Source: a bacterium
Lineage (GTDB): Bacteria > Hydrothermota > 32-111
Direction of reading: 5' to 3'
DNA length: 16,997 nt
Assembly: GCA_046484245.1 (NCBI GenBank)
Contig: JAWOBN010000004.1
Span: 1 to 16,997 of the forward strand
Shown: positions 8,132 to 16,756 of the stretch, piece by piece
How the letters are laid out: the number at the start of each line of letters is the position of its first letter
Position numbering within the stretch: the first letter of the stretch is position 1
Notes under the pieces: model-generated
The model's input: the letters and a program-made list of their open reading frames with translations, nothing else
Database searches by the model: none
What the model was told of the DNA's origin: nothing
Position numbers and translations under genes: made by a program

Positions 8132-8942
8132 TTATCTTTTTGTGAGGATCATGACTGTGCTGATACCCCAGTTGTCATTCTCAGTAACAGATGCTATTGC
8201 ATATATTGCAGGTTCAGCAATATATTATTCCCGCAACTGGAGGGTTGAAGCGATCAGGGAGAACCTCAGAAGAGCAGGCATAGAGACGGATGTGAAGATG
8301 ACATTTATCAATATGACAGTCAATCTCTTTGATTTCCTCAGATTCTACTATACACCAAGGTCATATCTCAGCTCAATCATACTCAATAAATACCCTGATT
8401 CCATTATAGACAAGAGCATGATGATTGTGACAGGCCATTTCGGCAATTGGGAGCTTGCAGGCATCTATATAACATATCTCGGTAAGAAAATGATAACTGT
8501 TGCTGAATCAGAGGGGCCGGGTGAGAAGATGTATCAGTTCTACAGTAATATGCGCTCCACGGAGAATATGATAGTGCTGAAACTGGAAGATAAAACAACA
8601 CCATTCAAGATTGACCATTATCTGAGAAACGGGTATTCTGCAGTACTGCTGGCAGACAGGGATATAAGCAAGAGCGGAGTGGATGTTGACTTTAATTCAT
8701 ATAGAGCAAGAGTGCCGAAGGGACCCTATTACTTTGCCAAGAGGTACTCACTTCCGCTCTATCTGGGGACAATGCACAGATTCCATGACAAAAAATACAG
8801 GTATAAATGCTATATTGAAAATATCCCCAAAACGGATAATATGAGAGTAGATGCACAAAGAACAATAGAAAAGTTAATTGAACATATAGAATCAGCACCC
8901 AATGAATGGTTTGCTTATGACATGAACTGGGAGGATAAATGA
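8121..8942 (+). CDS. Lysophospholipid acyltransferase family protein, PatA-like (LpxL/PatA superfamily)
   Basis: GHFGNWE catalytic His motif, LLADRDISKSGVDVDF, ARVPKGP, PNEWF, resembling actinobacterial PatA motifs (HSGNWD, ERDL...GV.VDF). Confidence 0.8.
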   Translation: MMINYLFVRIMTVLIPQLSFSVTDAIAYIAGSAIYYSRNWRVEAIRENLRRAGIETDVKMTFINMTVNLFDFLRFYYTPRSYLSSIILNKYPDSIIDKSMMIVTGHFGNWELAGIYITYLGKKMITVAESEGPGEKMYQFYSNMRSTENMIVLKLEDKTTPFKIDHYLRNGYSAVLLADRDISKSGVDVDFNSYRARVPKGPYYFAKRYSLPLYLGTMHRFHDKKYRYKCYIENIPKTDNMRVDAQRTIEKLIEHIESAPNEWFAYDMNWEDK

Positions 8943-10132
8943 CTCACAGGCCAGAGGATATAAAGCCGGACAAGAAGAAATTGAAAATACTGCTTGTTTC
9001 AGACATGTACTACCCGCTCCCCGGGGGCATTCCCGAACATATACATAATCTCTATCTTGTAATGAAGAGAAAGGGGCATCATGTGCATATTCTGACAGGC
9101 AAGTCATTCACCAATAAGTCGCATGTATCCGATGATGTGAAGAGATTCGGCCATTCAATCAGTGTGCCTGCCAATAAATCATTCTCACAGATAACAATTG
9201 GTGTGAAGATGTGCGGCCAGGTAAAATCACTGCTGGAGAGAGAACAGTATGATATTGTTCACATACACGGTTCACTTGCTCCGACACTGCCGATACTCAC
9301 ACTGTATCTCTCAAAGGGCACCAATATTGTGACATTCCATGCAGCGCATAATCACTCAGTGGGTTATTCAGCCCTTCAGTCACCATTATCCAAACTGTTC
9401 AGGAAGATACACGGCCCCATTGCAGTATCCAAAGAGGCGAAGCGGTCTATTGAGAAATATTTCCCCGCTGATTACCGCATTATCCCCAATGGTGTTGATG
9501 TTGAGCGCTTCAGTCACAAGAACAGGATACTGGAAAAATTCAATGATGATAAGATCAATCTCCTCTTTGTCGGGAGGCATGATCCCCGCAAGGGCATAAA
9601 ATACCTCTACAAGGCAATGGACTATGTTGTTGAAAAGCACAAGAATGTCCGTCTTATAGTTGTAGGCAAGGGCTTTTTAAAGAGATACTATAAACTCTCT
9701 ATATCCGAGGAGTCCAGGGATTACATTGAATTTCAGGATTATGTGGACCATGATCTGCTTCCCCTTTACTATAGAACAGCTGATATTTTTATTTCACCTG
9801 CAACAGGAGGGGAGAGCTTCGGCATAGTGCTCCTTGAATCCATGGCATCAGGCACACCGATTGTGGCAAGCAGGATAAGGGGGTACAGACAGGTTGCCAG
9901 ACACAGGTATAATGCATTCTTTGTCAAACCGGAGGACCCTGTAGAACTGGCAGAGGGCATCAATGAACTGATAGACAATGAGCAGTTGAGAAAGAACCTT
10001 ATTTCAAACGGTCTTGAACATGTGCGGAGATACTCCTGGGAGAATGTAACACAGGAGGTGCTTGATTATTACAGGGAGATAATGGAGAAGAGAAGGAATA
10101 ATATTATGAGGGAAATCAATTCAGATGGATAA
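8939..10132 (+). CDS. Glycosyltransferase family 4, PimA-like
   Basis: PGGIPEH, DIVHIH...APTL, IVTFHA, IAVS, IIPNGVD, LFVGRHDPRKG, GGESFGIVLLESMASGTPIVAS; close to PimA-type motifs. Confidence 0.87.
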   Translation: MTHRPEDIKPDKKKLKILLVSDMYYPLPGGIPEHIHNLYLVMKRKGHHVHILTGKSFTNKSHVSDDVKRFGHSISVPANKSFSQITIGVKMCGQVKSLLEREQYDIVHIHGSLAPTLPILTLYLSKGTNIVTFHAAHNHSVGYSALQSPLSKLFRKIHGPIAVSKEAKRSIEKYFPADYRIIPNGVDVERFSHKNRILEKFNDDKINLLFVGRHDPRKGIKYLYKAMDYVVEKHKNVRLIVVGKGFLKRYYKLSISEESRDYIEFQDYVDHDLLPLYYRTADIFISPATGGESFGIVLLESMASGTPIVASRIRGYRQVARHRYNAFFVKPEDPVELAEGINELIDNEQLRKNLISNGLEHVRRYSWENVTQEVLDYYREIMEKRRNNIMREINSDG

Positions 10133-10961
10133 TTCAATATACCTCATTCTCCTGCTGCCTGCAATCTACCTGGGCGGCTGGATAATATGGTATCTCCGAT
10201 TCAATGGCATTCCGGAATATACTCCCAAAATCATCAGTTTTCACAAGATATCCAATAAACCCGAAATGGGGGGAACCTTCTGCACAGTGCGCCAATTCAA
10301 GGCATTCATGGATTATATTGCCTGTCATGATTATTCCACTGTTCCTCTGGACAGATTGATTGAAGAGAGGAAGGATAAGGAGATTGCAGTATTCTTTGAT
10401 GATGCCTATGAGGATGTATATGAAAAGGCATTCCCTATTATGAAAGACCGTGATCTCCGGGGGGCTGTATGCCCTGTTGCGGGTTTTATAGGCAGGAAGA
10501 ATGACTGGGACAGGGGTCCGGGGTCATTCAGGCATATGGACGGGAAGCAAATAATGGAACTCAGAGAAGCGGGTTTTGATATTGTGTCACATTCAATGAC
10601 GCATCCTGATCTGAGGAAACTACCTGCTGCGGAGCTGATGCGGGAGGTGAGTGATTCCAAGAAGATACTTGAGGATTTGACAGGTCAGAAAATTGACTAT
10701 TTCATATATCCCTACGGGCTGTATAATAAAAGGGTGAAGCATGCAGTGAAAAAAGCGGGATACAAGGCGGCATTCACTTCATACAATGAGGACAATGCTG
10801 TCTTTGACAGATTTGCAATAGGCCGCAATACAATGTATATTATAGACAGTGTGATTGACCTGAAGATTATACTGAACAGAAGCCCCCTTTTCTGCTACGG
10901 GCATGAAGAGGCGAAGGGCAGAATTATTAACTGGTTTGCGAGGTTTTCAAGAACAATATGA
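10125..10961 (+). CDS. Polysaccharide deacetylase (CE4/NodB domain) with N-terminal membrane anchor
   Basis: FFDDAY (TFDDG-like), SHSMTH metal motif, YPYG; hydrophobic N-terminus. Confidence 0.88.
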   Translation: MDNSIYLILLLPAIYLGGWIIWYLRFNGIPEYTPKIISFHKISNKPEMGGTFCTVRQFKAFMDYIACHDYSTVPLDRLIEERKDKEIAVFFDDAYEDVYEKAFPIMKDRDLRGAVCPVAGFIGRKNDWDRGPGSFRHMDGKQIMELREAGFDIVSHSMTHPDLRKLPAAELMREVSDSKKILEDLTGQKIDYFIYPYGLYNKRVKHAVKKAGYKAAFTSYNEDNAVFDRFAIGRNTMYIIDSVIDLKIILNRSPLFCYGHEEAKGRIINWFARFSRTI

Positions 10962-11899
10962 AGAAGAAAGTTTTTTTCAGTGATTTTGTTTTCCTGATGA
11001 GACCGTCCATAATGATAGCTGTGTGGACATTCTTCATGGGCGGGGTATATACTGCAATGCGCCTTTCAGGCAGTTCTATTGTTTTCAATTTCAGCAGCAT
11101 GAGCAGGATACTTGTTATTATGTTCCTCTACTCGCTTTTAATAGGCAGTATATATATTATCAATCAGATAGCTGACAGGGAGACAGACAGAATAAACAGG
11201 AAACTCTTTCTCCTGTCAGAGAATTACATCTCCCCCCGTTCAGCAGTGATATTTGAAATTGCACTGTCAGTCACAGCCATTGCAGGCATTTTCCTCATGC
11301 CTGATGTGCGCTTGTCAACAAAGATGCTGTTCATACTGTCATTTGTTCTGGGGTATATATACTCTGTCAAGCCATTCACATTGAAGAGAAGACCTGTGCT
11401 TGATATGCTGGACAATATGGCGGGCTATGGTCTTATAGCAGTAATAATAGGATATCAGTCAACAGGCCGCGCCTTTCATCTCAATAATATTATTGAGATA
11501 ATGCCGTTTATGTTCTCAATGGGAGCTGTATTCATCAATACAACACTGATGGACTATAAGGGGGATAAAGAGACAGGAGCCATGACAACAGGGGTGTTCT
11601 TCGGCTATAGGATTTCATCAATACTTGCTCTTATTTTTATAAGCGCCGGACTCTTCTTTGCCATTGTCAACAGTGACATGGTGATGACTGCAGCAACCGG
11701 ATTGTCTGTGCCTCTGTTCCTCATAGCTGCTGTAAAGAGCAATGAGCACTGGGCAGGGTTCAGTGTGAAATACTCATCACCCATTCTCACTGTAATACTC
11801 TCTATTCTCTACCCGTACTTTCTTATTATCAATCTGCTGGCTGTTGCGGGCATGAAGGTATATTATAAGAAAAGATTCAACAAGGATTATCCGTTTTGA
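10958..11899 (+). CDS. UbiA family prenyltransferase
   Basis: LMRP, NQIADRETDRIN (NxxxDxxxD), YSVKPFTLKRRPVLD, DYKGDKETG second Asp motif; about 8-9 TM segments. Confidence 0.85.
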   Translation: MKKKVFFSDFVFLMRPSIMIAVWTFFMGGVYTAMRLSGSSIVFNFSSMSRILVIMFLYSLLIGSIYIINQIADRETDRINRKLFLLSENYISPRSAVIFEIALSVTAIAGIFLMPDVRLSTKMLFILSFVLGYIYSVKPFTLKRRPVLDMLDNMAGYGLIAVIIGYQSTGRAFHLNNIIEIMPFMFSMGAVFINTTLMDYKGDKETGAMTTGVFFGYRISSILALIFISAGLFFAIVNSDMVMTAATGLSVPLFLIAAVKSNEHWAGFSVKYSSPILTVILSILYPYFLIINLLAVAGMKVYYKKRFNKDYPF

Positions 11900-12861
11900 A
11901 ACAATTAAATATATTATTGCTGACAATGCTGTTCGTACTTGTGTCAGCCGGCTCACCGCCGCCATTTACCGGCAGTTTCAATGAGGTTCTGGATTCACTC
12001 TACAGCGGCAATTATCAATATGCCCTCAATGCAACTGATTCAATTATTACAGAATATCCCGATTCGCCTGCAGGTCATTATCTCAAGGTAGGCATATATT
12101 CCGCATATATGAGTGATTTTGAGACAGACACATTGAAGGATTCCCTGATGGAATATGCAGAGAGGATACTGGAATACAGCGGGGACAGTGCCTATGACAA
12201 TTTCTTCAAAGCAAGTGCACTGTTTCAATTATCATCATTCAGGGCAATGCAGGAGGACTATATCGGTGCTCTGAGATATTCAAAAAGATCAGCTGATTTC
12301 TTCAATAAAACCCTGAGGCAGGACAGCACACTGTATGATGCATATCTCGGCCAGGGTATTATCAATTACTTCACCAATAAATTCAGAAGCCGGCTCCCTT
12401 TCTTCAGGTCCCCGGACAATGGTATTGCTGATATAAGAAGAGCTGCTCAAAAGGGACTCTTCTCCTATGTGCCTGCATACAGTATGCTGGCAATGCTCTA
12501 TATGATGGATTCAAAAACAGACAGTGCATTGATATATATTGATTCACTGAGGCAGGATTATCCATGCAACAGGATGTTCATGTACACGCATTACAAGATA
12601 TATTATGAGGATGGGCAGTACAGTCAAGCCCTCAATGTGCTGAGACAATTAATGGACAGGGTGGAAGAGACGCAGGCGGGGACATATTCCAATCTGATAT
12701 ATGTGTATTACAATACAGGTCTTGTCTTTCATGAAATGAATATGGATGATTCAGCTTCTGTTTATCTGAAGAAGGCACTTGATTACCGGGATACTGCAGC
12801 AGATAATAAATCCCGTGAAAATATCCGGAAAGCCCGGCAACTCTATGAAAAGATCAGATAA
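11896..12861 (+). CDS. Exported tetratricopeptide-repeat-like protein
   Basis: TTG start overlapping the upstream stop, SD AAGGA; signal peptide; helical TPR-like patterns (YPDSPAGHYLK, YDAYLGQG, VYYNTGLVF...A..YLKKAL). Confidence 0.68.
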   Translation: MKQLNILLLTMLFVLVSAGSPPPFTGSFNEVLDSLYSGNYQYALNATDSIITEYPDSPAGHYLKVGIYSAYMSDFETDTLKDSLMEYAERILEYSGDSAYDNFFKASALFQLSSFRAMQEDYIGALRYSKRSADFFNKTLRQDSTLYDAYLGQGIINYFTNKFRSRLPFFRSPDNGIADIRRAAQKGLFSYVPAYSMLAMLYMMDSKTDSALIYIDSLRQDYPCNRMFMYTHYKIYYEDGQYSQALNVLRQLMDRVEETQAGTYSNLIYVYYNTGLVFHEMNMDDSASVYLKKALDYRDTAADNKSRENIRKARQLYEKIR

Positions 12862-13969
12862 GAATATACTGATTGTCTCCTATTACTATCCGCCGTATCT
12901 TTTCGGCGGTGCCTTGAGGATGCATTATCTGAGGCAGTATCTTGAAGAGGAGGGGTATAGTGTTGGAGTAATAACTGCACAGCCGAGTAATGAAAAACAT
13001 ACTATTGTGATAAGTGACCCGGTGCCGTCTTCAAGTATTAAGAAGAAAAATCCGGGTTTGAAAAAATATAATCCCATGCCGGACTCCATGTTCATCTGGT
13101 CAATCAGGGTATCATTATTTATAAGGAAATATCACAAACAATACAGCAGGATAATAATAAGTATTCCTCCTTATTCAGCGGGTTTGTTCATGACCATGCT
13201 GCCGCGGCCTATCCGGGCGAAAATAATTCTGGATATGCGTGATACCTGGTCCGACGGGCCTTTTGTGGAATATGCCAATGAATTATACCGAAGACTGGAC
13301 AGATCAATGGAATCACTGACATACAGCCGTATTGATTCATTTACCGGAGTGACAGAGGGTATTGCTGATGATTTTTCTAATAAATGCAGAAAGAAAATGC
13401 ATTGTATAAGAAACCCTATTGATAAAAATGAATGTAAGCAGGCTAGACAGGGGAATTATATTGTTTATCCGGGGAAAATAGACAACTTGAGAGTTAATCG
13501 GCCATTTCTCAATATCTATGAATCTATGAGAAAGAGATTGCCTATAAAAGCAGCCGGTGCTCCATCTTGGCTTGATAAAGAGTATCAATGCTGGGAATAT
13601 GCCGGTTCATATACAAGAAAACAGATGCTTGATATTATCTCACAGTCATATGCGGGACTTATCATGCTTGATTTTAATGCCAATATCACATATATGATTC
13701 CCGCGAAACTGCTGGATTATGTTTTATGCAAGAAACCCGTATTGTATGTCGGTCCCCGCACTGTAGCCTCCGAGTTCATAGAGAGAGAGGGTATTGGTGT
13801 TGCAGTGACATCACCTGAAAAAAAGGATATCATAAGGGGCATAGAACGCATACTTGAAGGGGAATTTATTATCAGGGATGAATTGATTGAGCAGCTGGAC
13901 TATCACTCGGTATTTGAGAAGTATTTACGGCTTCTTGATACTGCCAGTTTGAACAGCGGGGGACCGTAG
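12845..13969 (+). CDS. Glycosyltransferase (GT4-like, GT-B fold)
   Basis: ILIVSYYYPP...GGALR, ISIPPYS, ILDMRDTW, IPAKLLDY...KPVL motifs; start ATG 12845. Confidence 0.8.
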   Translation: MKRSDKNILIVSYYYPPYLFGGALRMHYLRQYLEEEGYSVGVITAQPSNEKHTIVISDPVPSSSIKKKNPGLKKYNPMPDSMFIWSIRVSLFIRKYHKQYSRIIISIPPYSAGLFMTMLPRPIRAKIILDMRDTWSDGPFVEYANELYRRLDRSMESLTYSRIDSFTGVTEGIADDFSNKCRKKMHCIRNPIDKNECKQARQGNYIVYPGKIDNLRVNRPFLNIYESMRKRLPIKAAGAPSWLDKEYQCWEYAGSYTRKQMLDIISQSYAGLIMLDFNANITYMIPAKLLDYVLCKKPVLYVGPRTVASEFIEREGIGVAVTSPEKKDIIRGIERILEGEFIIRDELIEQLDYHSVFEKYLRLLDTASLNSGGP

Positions 13970-15198
13970 AAATCCGTAATAATAATTGAGGCAATGGCTA
14001 TTGTCTTGATATACATGCCTATCTGAGGCAGACCCAGTGAATCCATTGTCCTTGATATCAGTATGGCAAGAGCCAGTGTGATGCCTGATTGATTGATAAG
14101 CCCCATCCACCCGTACTTTCTTGTAAACGGGTCCACTTCCGTTATTTTGCCTGCAATATAGAATGATGACAGGAGGAACACCTTCCTCAGTACAAGGCGG
14201 ACCAATACCAGTACCATCACAGATGTGATAACCCGGATATCCAGTACAGCACTTGCCATGGGAAAGAACAGGACATAGATATAAGGGGATACATCAGAGA
14301 GCAGATTTTCAAAATGCGCCTTCTTCTCGGAATAATTCTCTATGAAGAACCCCGCACTGACGCCTGTGATGAGGGGGCTTATATGAATTGTGTCCCCGAG
14401 CATGGAGAGTATGAATGCAATAATGCCTATTACAACAGCAGAATTGACCTGAACATATTTGAGATGCACTGTTAAGAGGAGTGCTGTGATCCATCCGAGG
14501 AATGCTGAACCGAAGATCTCAATGAAGACAGGAGTCAGATTTGCTAATGAGAAATTCATTGCGGATAGCTTCCATTCAACAAAAGCAAGTATCAGAGTAA
14601 AGGATATGACAAGAATAAAGTCCTTTATTATTGTTACACCGAGAGTTATGTGGGTGTATCTATTCTTGATCTTCAATTCATTCATTATGGCTATAATTGT
14701 AACAGGTGAATTTGCAACCTCAAATATACCGAGGAACAGTGCAAGATACACAGAGTATTTAACAAGCCTGGGGTCTGCAAAGAAAATCTTGCCTGCAACA
14801 AGCATGGAAAAGAACCCCCCGACAATTGAGATTGAAGCAACAAGAAGTGTGATAACCATAATCTGTTTGAAATTCTTCTTCAGTATGCCCAATGTCATTT
14901 CACTCCCTGCCTGCATGCCTATGAATGTAATGGCAAAATAATCAATGAGCTTGAATTCCCTGATGTAAGAGGCGGGGTTGAGGCCGAATGAATAGGGGCT
15001 TACTATGAGCCCTGCAACCATATACCCGGTGATTTTAGGCAGGTGCATTCTTTGAAATAATTTACCATTGAAGACTGTTATTATCAGTATGAGACCAAGA
15101 TTGAGCAGGGGCTTTAATGGCAGTGAAGCGTCCCTGATAAAATAGAGACCTGCAATGGATGATGCAAGACAGATTATTTCAATTATGAAGTCTGCCAT
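13903..15198 (-). CDS. Cation:proton antiporter (Na+/H+ exchanger family)
   Basis: LPKITGYMVAGLIVSP, FIGMQAGSEM, ANSPVTIIAIMNELK...IIKD, LINQSGITLALA, GPPLFK; about 13 TM segments. Confidence 0.85.
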   Translation of the reverse strand: MADFIIEIICLASSIAGLYFIRDASLPLKPLLNLGLILIITVFNGKLFQRMHLPKITGYMVAGLIVSPYSFGLNPASYIREFKLIDYFAITFIGMQAGSEMTLGILKKNFKQIMVITLLVASISIVGGFFSMLVAGKIFFADPRLVKYSVYLALFLGIFEVANSPVTIIAIMNELKIKNRYTHITLGVTIIKDFILVISFTLILAFVEWKLSAMNFSLANLTPVFIEIFGSAFLGWITALLLTVHLKYVQVNSAVVIGIIAFILSMLGDTIHISPLITGVSAGFFIENYSEKKAHFENLLSDVSPYIYVLFFPMASAVLDIRVITSVMVLVLVRLVLRKVFLLSSFYIAGKITEVDPFTRKYGWMGLINQSGITLALAILISRTMDSLGLPQIGMYIKTIAIASIIITDFYGPPLFKLAVSRSRKYFSNTE

Positions 15199-16270
15199 AT
15201 ATAATTCCCGATTGTATGATTTGTGATATTATAAGGAATACTATGAACATTGACAGCATATAGCTGCTGATGATATTGACAAAGAAGAGAGAGAGAATTG
15301 CTATTAGTTCAAAACCGCCCACAGCTGACAGGAGGAGACCCCTTATACCGGAATTGTCAATCAATCTGCCTGTTATGAAATTGACAATAAGTTTAATAAT
15401 AACAAGAATGGAAGCAAAAAGCAGTATGCGGATTGAGAAGGTGAAATGCATGCCTGCTATGAACATAATAAGGAAGAAGGCGGGCTTCTCCGCCTTGGAG
15501 AATAATTTATAGAATCTGTTTGCTGATTTATGATTGATATTGGTCAGAACAACACCGCAGAAGAATGCTGGAAGCAGAGGCGTGATGCTCATATTGGCGA
15601 AGAAGGGAATCATAATGAGGAGGAATGACAGCATAATAATGACAACTGAATCAAAATCAAGAAGATGGTCCATAAGATGCATGATATAAGGGACTGCTGT
15701 AGTGCAGATGAGCAGTAATGCAAATGTGAATATGAAACCGTCCTGTACAATATGTGCAATACTGAGAATGAGATACAGGGCGAGAACAATGGGAGGGGCG
15801 AGAATACCGAGCCAGATGATCTTCCTCATTCCTCTGGAATGTCTGAATGAGACAAATGTGAATGATGTGCCTGCAAAGAATATAAGAGCAGGCATCATAG
15901 CTGCTGAAAAATAACCTGTAATTATAAAGAACAGGATAAAGAGCATTGTCAGAACAATTATCTTGACAGTGAGTATGATCGGGAATACGGGCGGGATACG
16001 CTTTACATGACTGTACTGGAATTGAAGGGCTGTTGTGAAACCTATGACAGTTGTCAGTATCAGTGCAAAGAATTTGAAGTAATTACTGTATGAACCTGTT
16101 ATACTGACATCAGTGAAATGTGAAAGTATGTATCCTGATAAGAAGAATATGAGTTCAAGGAAGAGGAAGTAAAAACGCGCATCCCTCCTTCTCTTCTCGT
16201 GCATGAAATAATAGGTCAGTCCGTATGCGAAAAGCAGTATGATAAAGAAAAGCAGCAGTGTATATTTCAT
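15179..16270 (-). CDS. Divergent cation:proton antiporter-like membrane protein
   Basis: Highly hydrophobic; ITPLLPAFFCGVVLTN and EKPAFFLIMFIAG resemble the CPA C-terminal half; overlaps the downstream antiporter gene by 20 bp. Confidence 0.62.
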   Translation of the reverse strand: MKYTLLLFFIILLFAYGLTYYFMHEKRRRDARFYFLFLELIFFLSGYILSHFTDVSITGSYSNYFKFFALILTTVIGFTTALQFQYSHVKRIPPVFPIILTVKIIVLTMLFILFFIITGYFSAAMMPALIFFAGTSFTFVSFRHSRGMRKIIWLGILAPPIVLALYLILSIAHIVQDGFIFTFALLLICTTAVPYIMHLMDHLLDFDSVVIIMLSFLLIMIPFFANMSITPLLPAFFCGVVLTNINHKSANRFYKLFSKAEKPAFFLIMFIAGMHFTFSIRILLFASILVIIKLIVNFITGRLIDNSGIRGLLLSAVGGFELIAILSLFFVNIISSYMLSMFIVFLIISQIIQSGIIYGRLHN

Positions 16271-16276
16271 AGATTT

Positions 16277-16304
16277 ATTATATAAAAAAGAGCGGAAGTT
16301 TCAA
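16277..16304 (-). promoter_or_regulatory. Sigma70 promoter giving a probably leaderless transcript
   Basis: On the - strand: TTGAAA (16304-16299), 16 bp, TATAAT (16282-16277), 6 nt, ATG (16270). Confidence 0.7.
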
Positions 16305-16310
16305 GAGAAA

Positions 16311-16629
16311 AGGATAATAGAGCAGGGAGAGGTAAGACCGTACAATGTACAACGTACAAAGTACAACGGCGTGTGCCGAGCGGAAAAAACAGGATTATGA
16401 GTAGCAGGGAGAAGTACGAGACGCGGGACACGGGACACGGGAAATCGCATCCAAGCTGCTCCCGTACAACGAAAAACGTACAACGTACAACGACGGAAAG
16501 AATGTGAATAGCGGCCTCAGAGATTGCTTCGCAGATGCTTAGCAAGAGAGACGAACTCGCAACGACACTTCAGTGACTTGTGGCTGGTATGCTAGTGGCT
16601 TGTAACCGAGGTCAATGGTTGATGGTCAA
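16311..16629. repeat. Second mosaic of 7-mer tandem-repeat modules, same family as 1-595
   Basis: (GTACAAN) x4 at 16340-16367; GAGACGC(GGGACAC)x2 at 16418-16438; CGTACAA module at 16463-16497; AGTGACTTGTGGCTGG... at 16572-16603; AGGTCAA-TGGTTGA-TGGTCAA at 16609-16629; linker AGGAT(A/T)AT...AGCAGGGAGA occurs twice. Confidence 0.9.
16519..16567 (-). repeat. Half of a GTC(A/G)TTGCGAG...CGAAGCAATCTC-type palindromic repeat
   Basis: - strand reads TGTCGTTGCGAG-TTCGTCTCTCTTGCTAAGCATCTG-CGAAGCAATCTCT, matching the end motifs of a widespread REP-like family (recognised from memory). Confidence 0.55.
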
Positions 16630-16756
16630 AGACAGATTGTATTGGACGGGAGATCGCTTGACACCTCCGGCTGCTGTTTTTGTCAAATTATTCCTCAAAA
16701 CAATGAATAAAATCAAGTAGATTAGATACATTCGTAAGTTCCCAAATAAAATACAC

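Noticed and set aside
202..16497. Genomic island or composite transposon bounded by the 35-bp direct repeat
   Set aside because: The interior is core housekeeping with no integrase or transposase, and shared modules occur in both orientations.
16267..16545. 92-aa and 60-aa - strand ORFs
   Set aside because: They run through the repeat mosaic and the antiporter promoter region; repeat-derived peptides.
16658..16686. TTGACA-N17-TGTCAA as a promoter or operator
   Set aside because: Neither -35 has a matching -10 at proper spacing; a 6-bp inverted pair alone is too weak to call.
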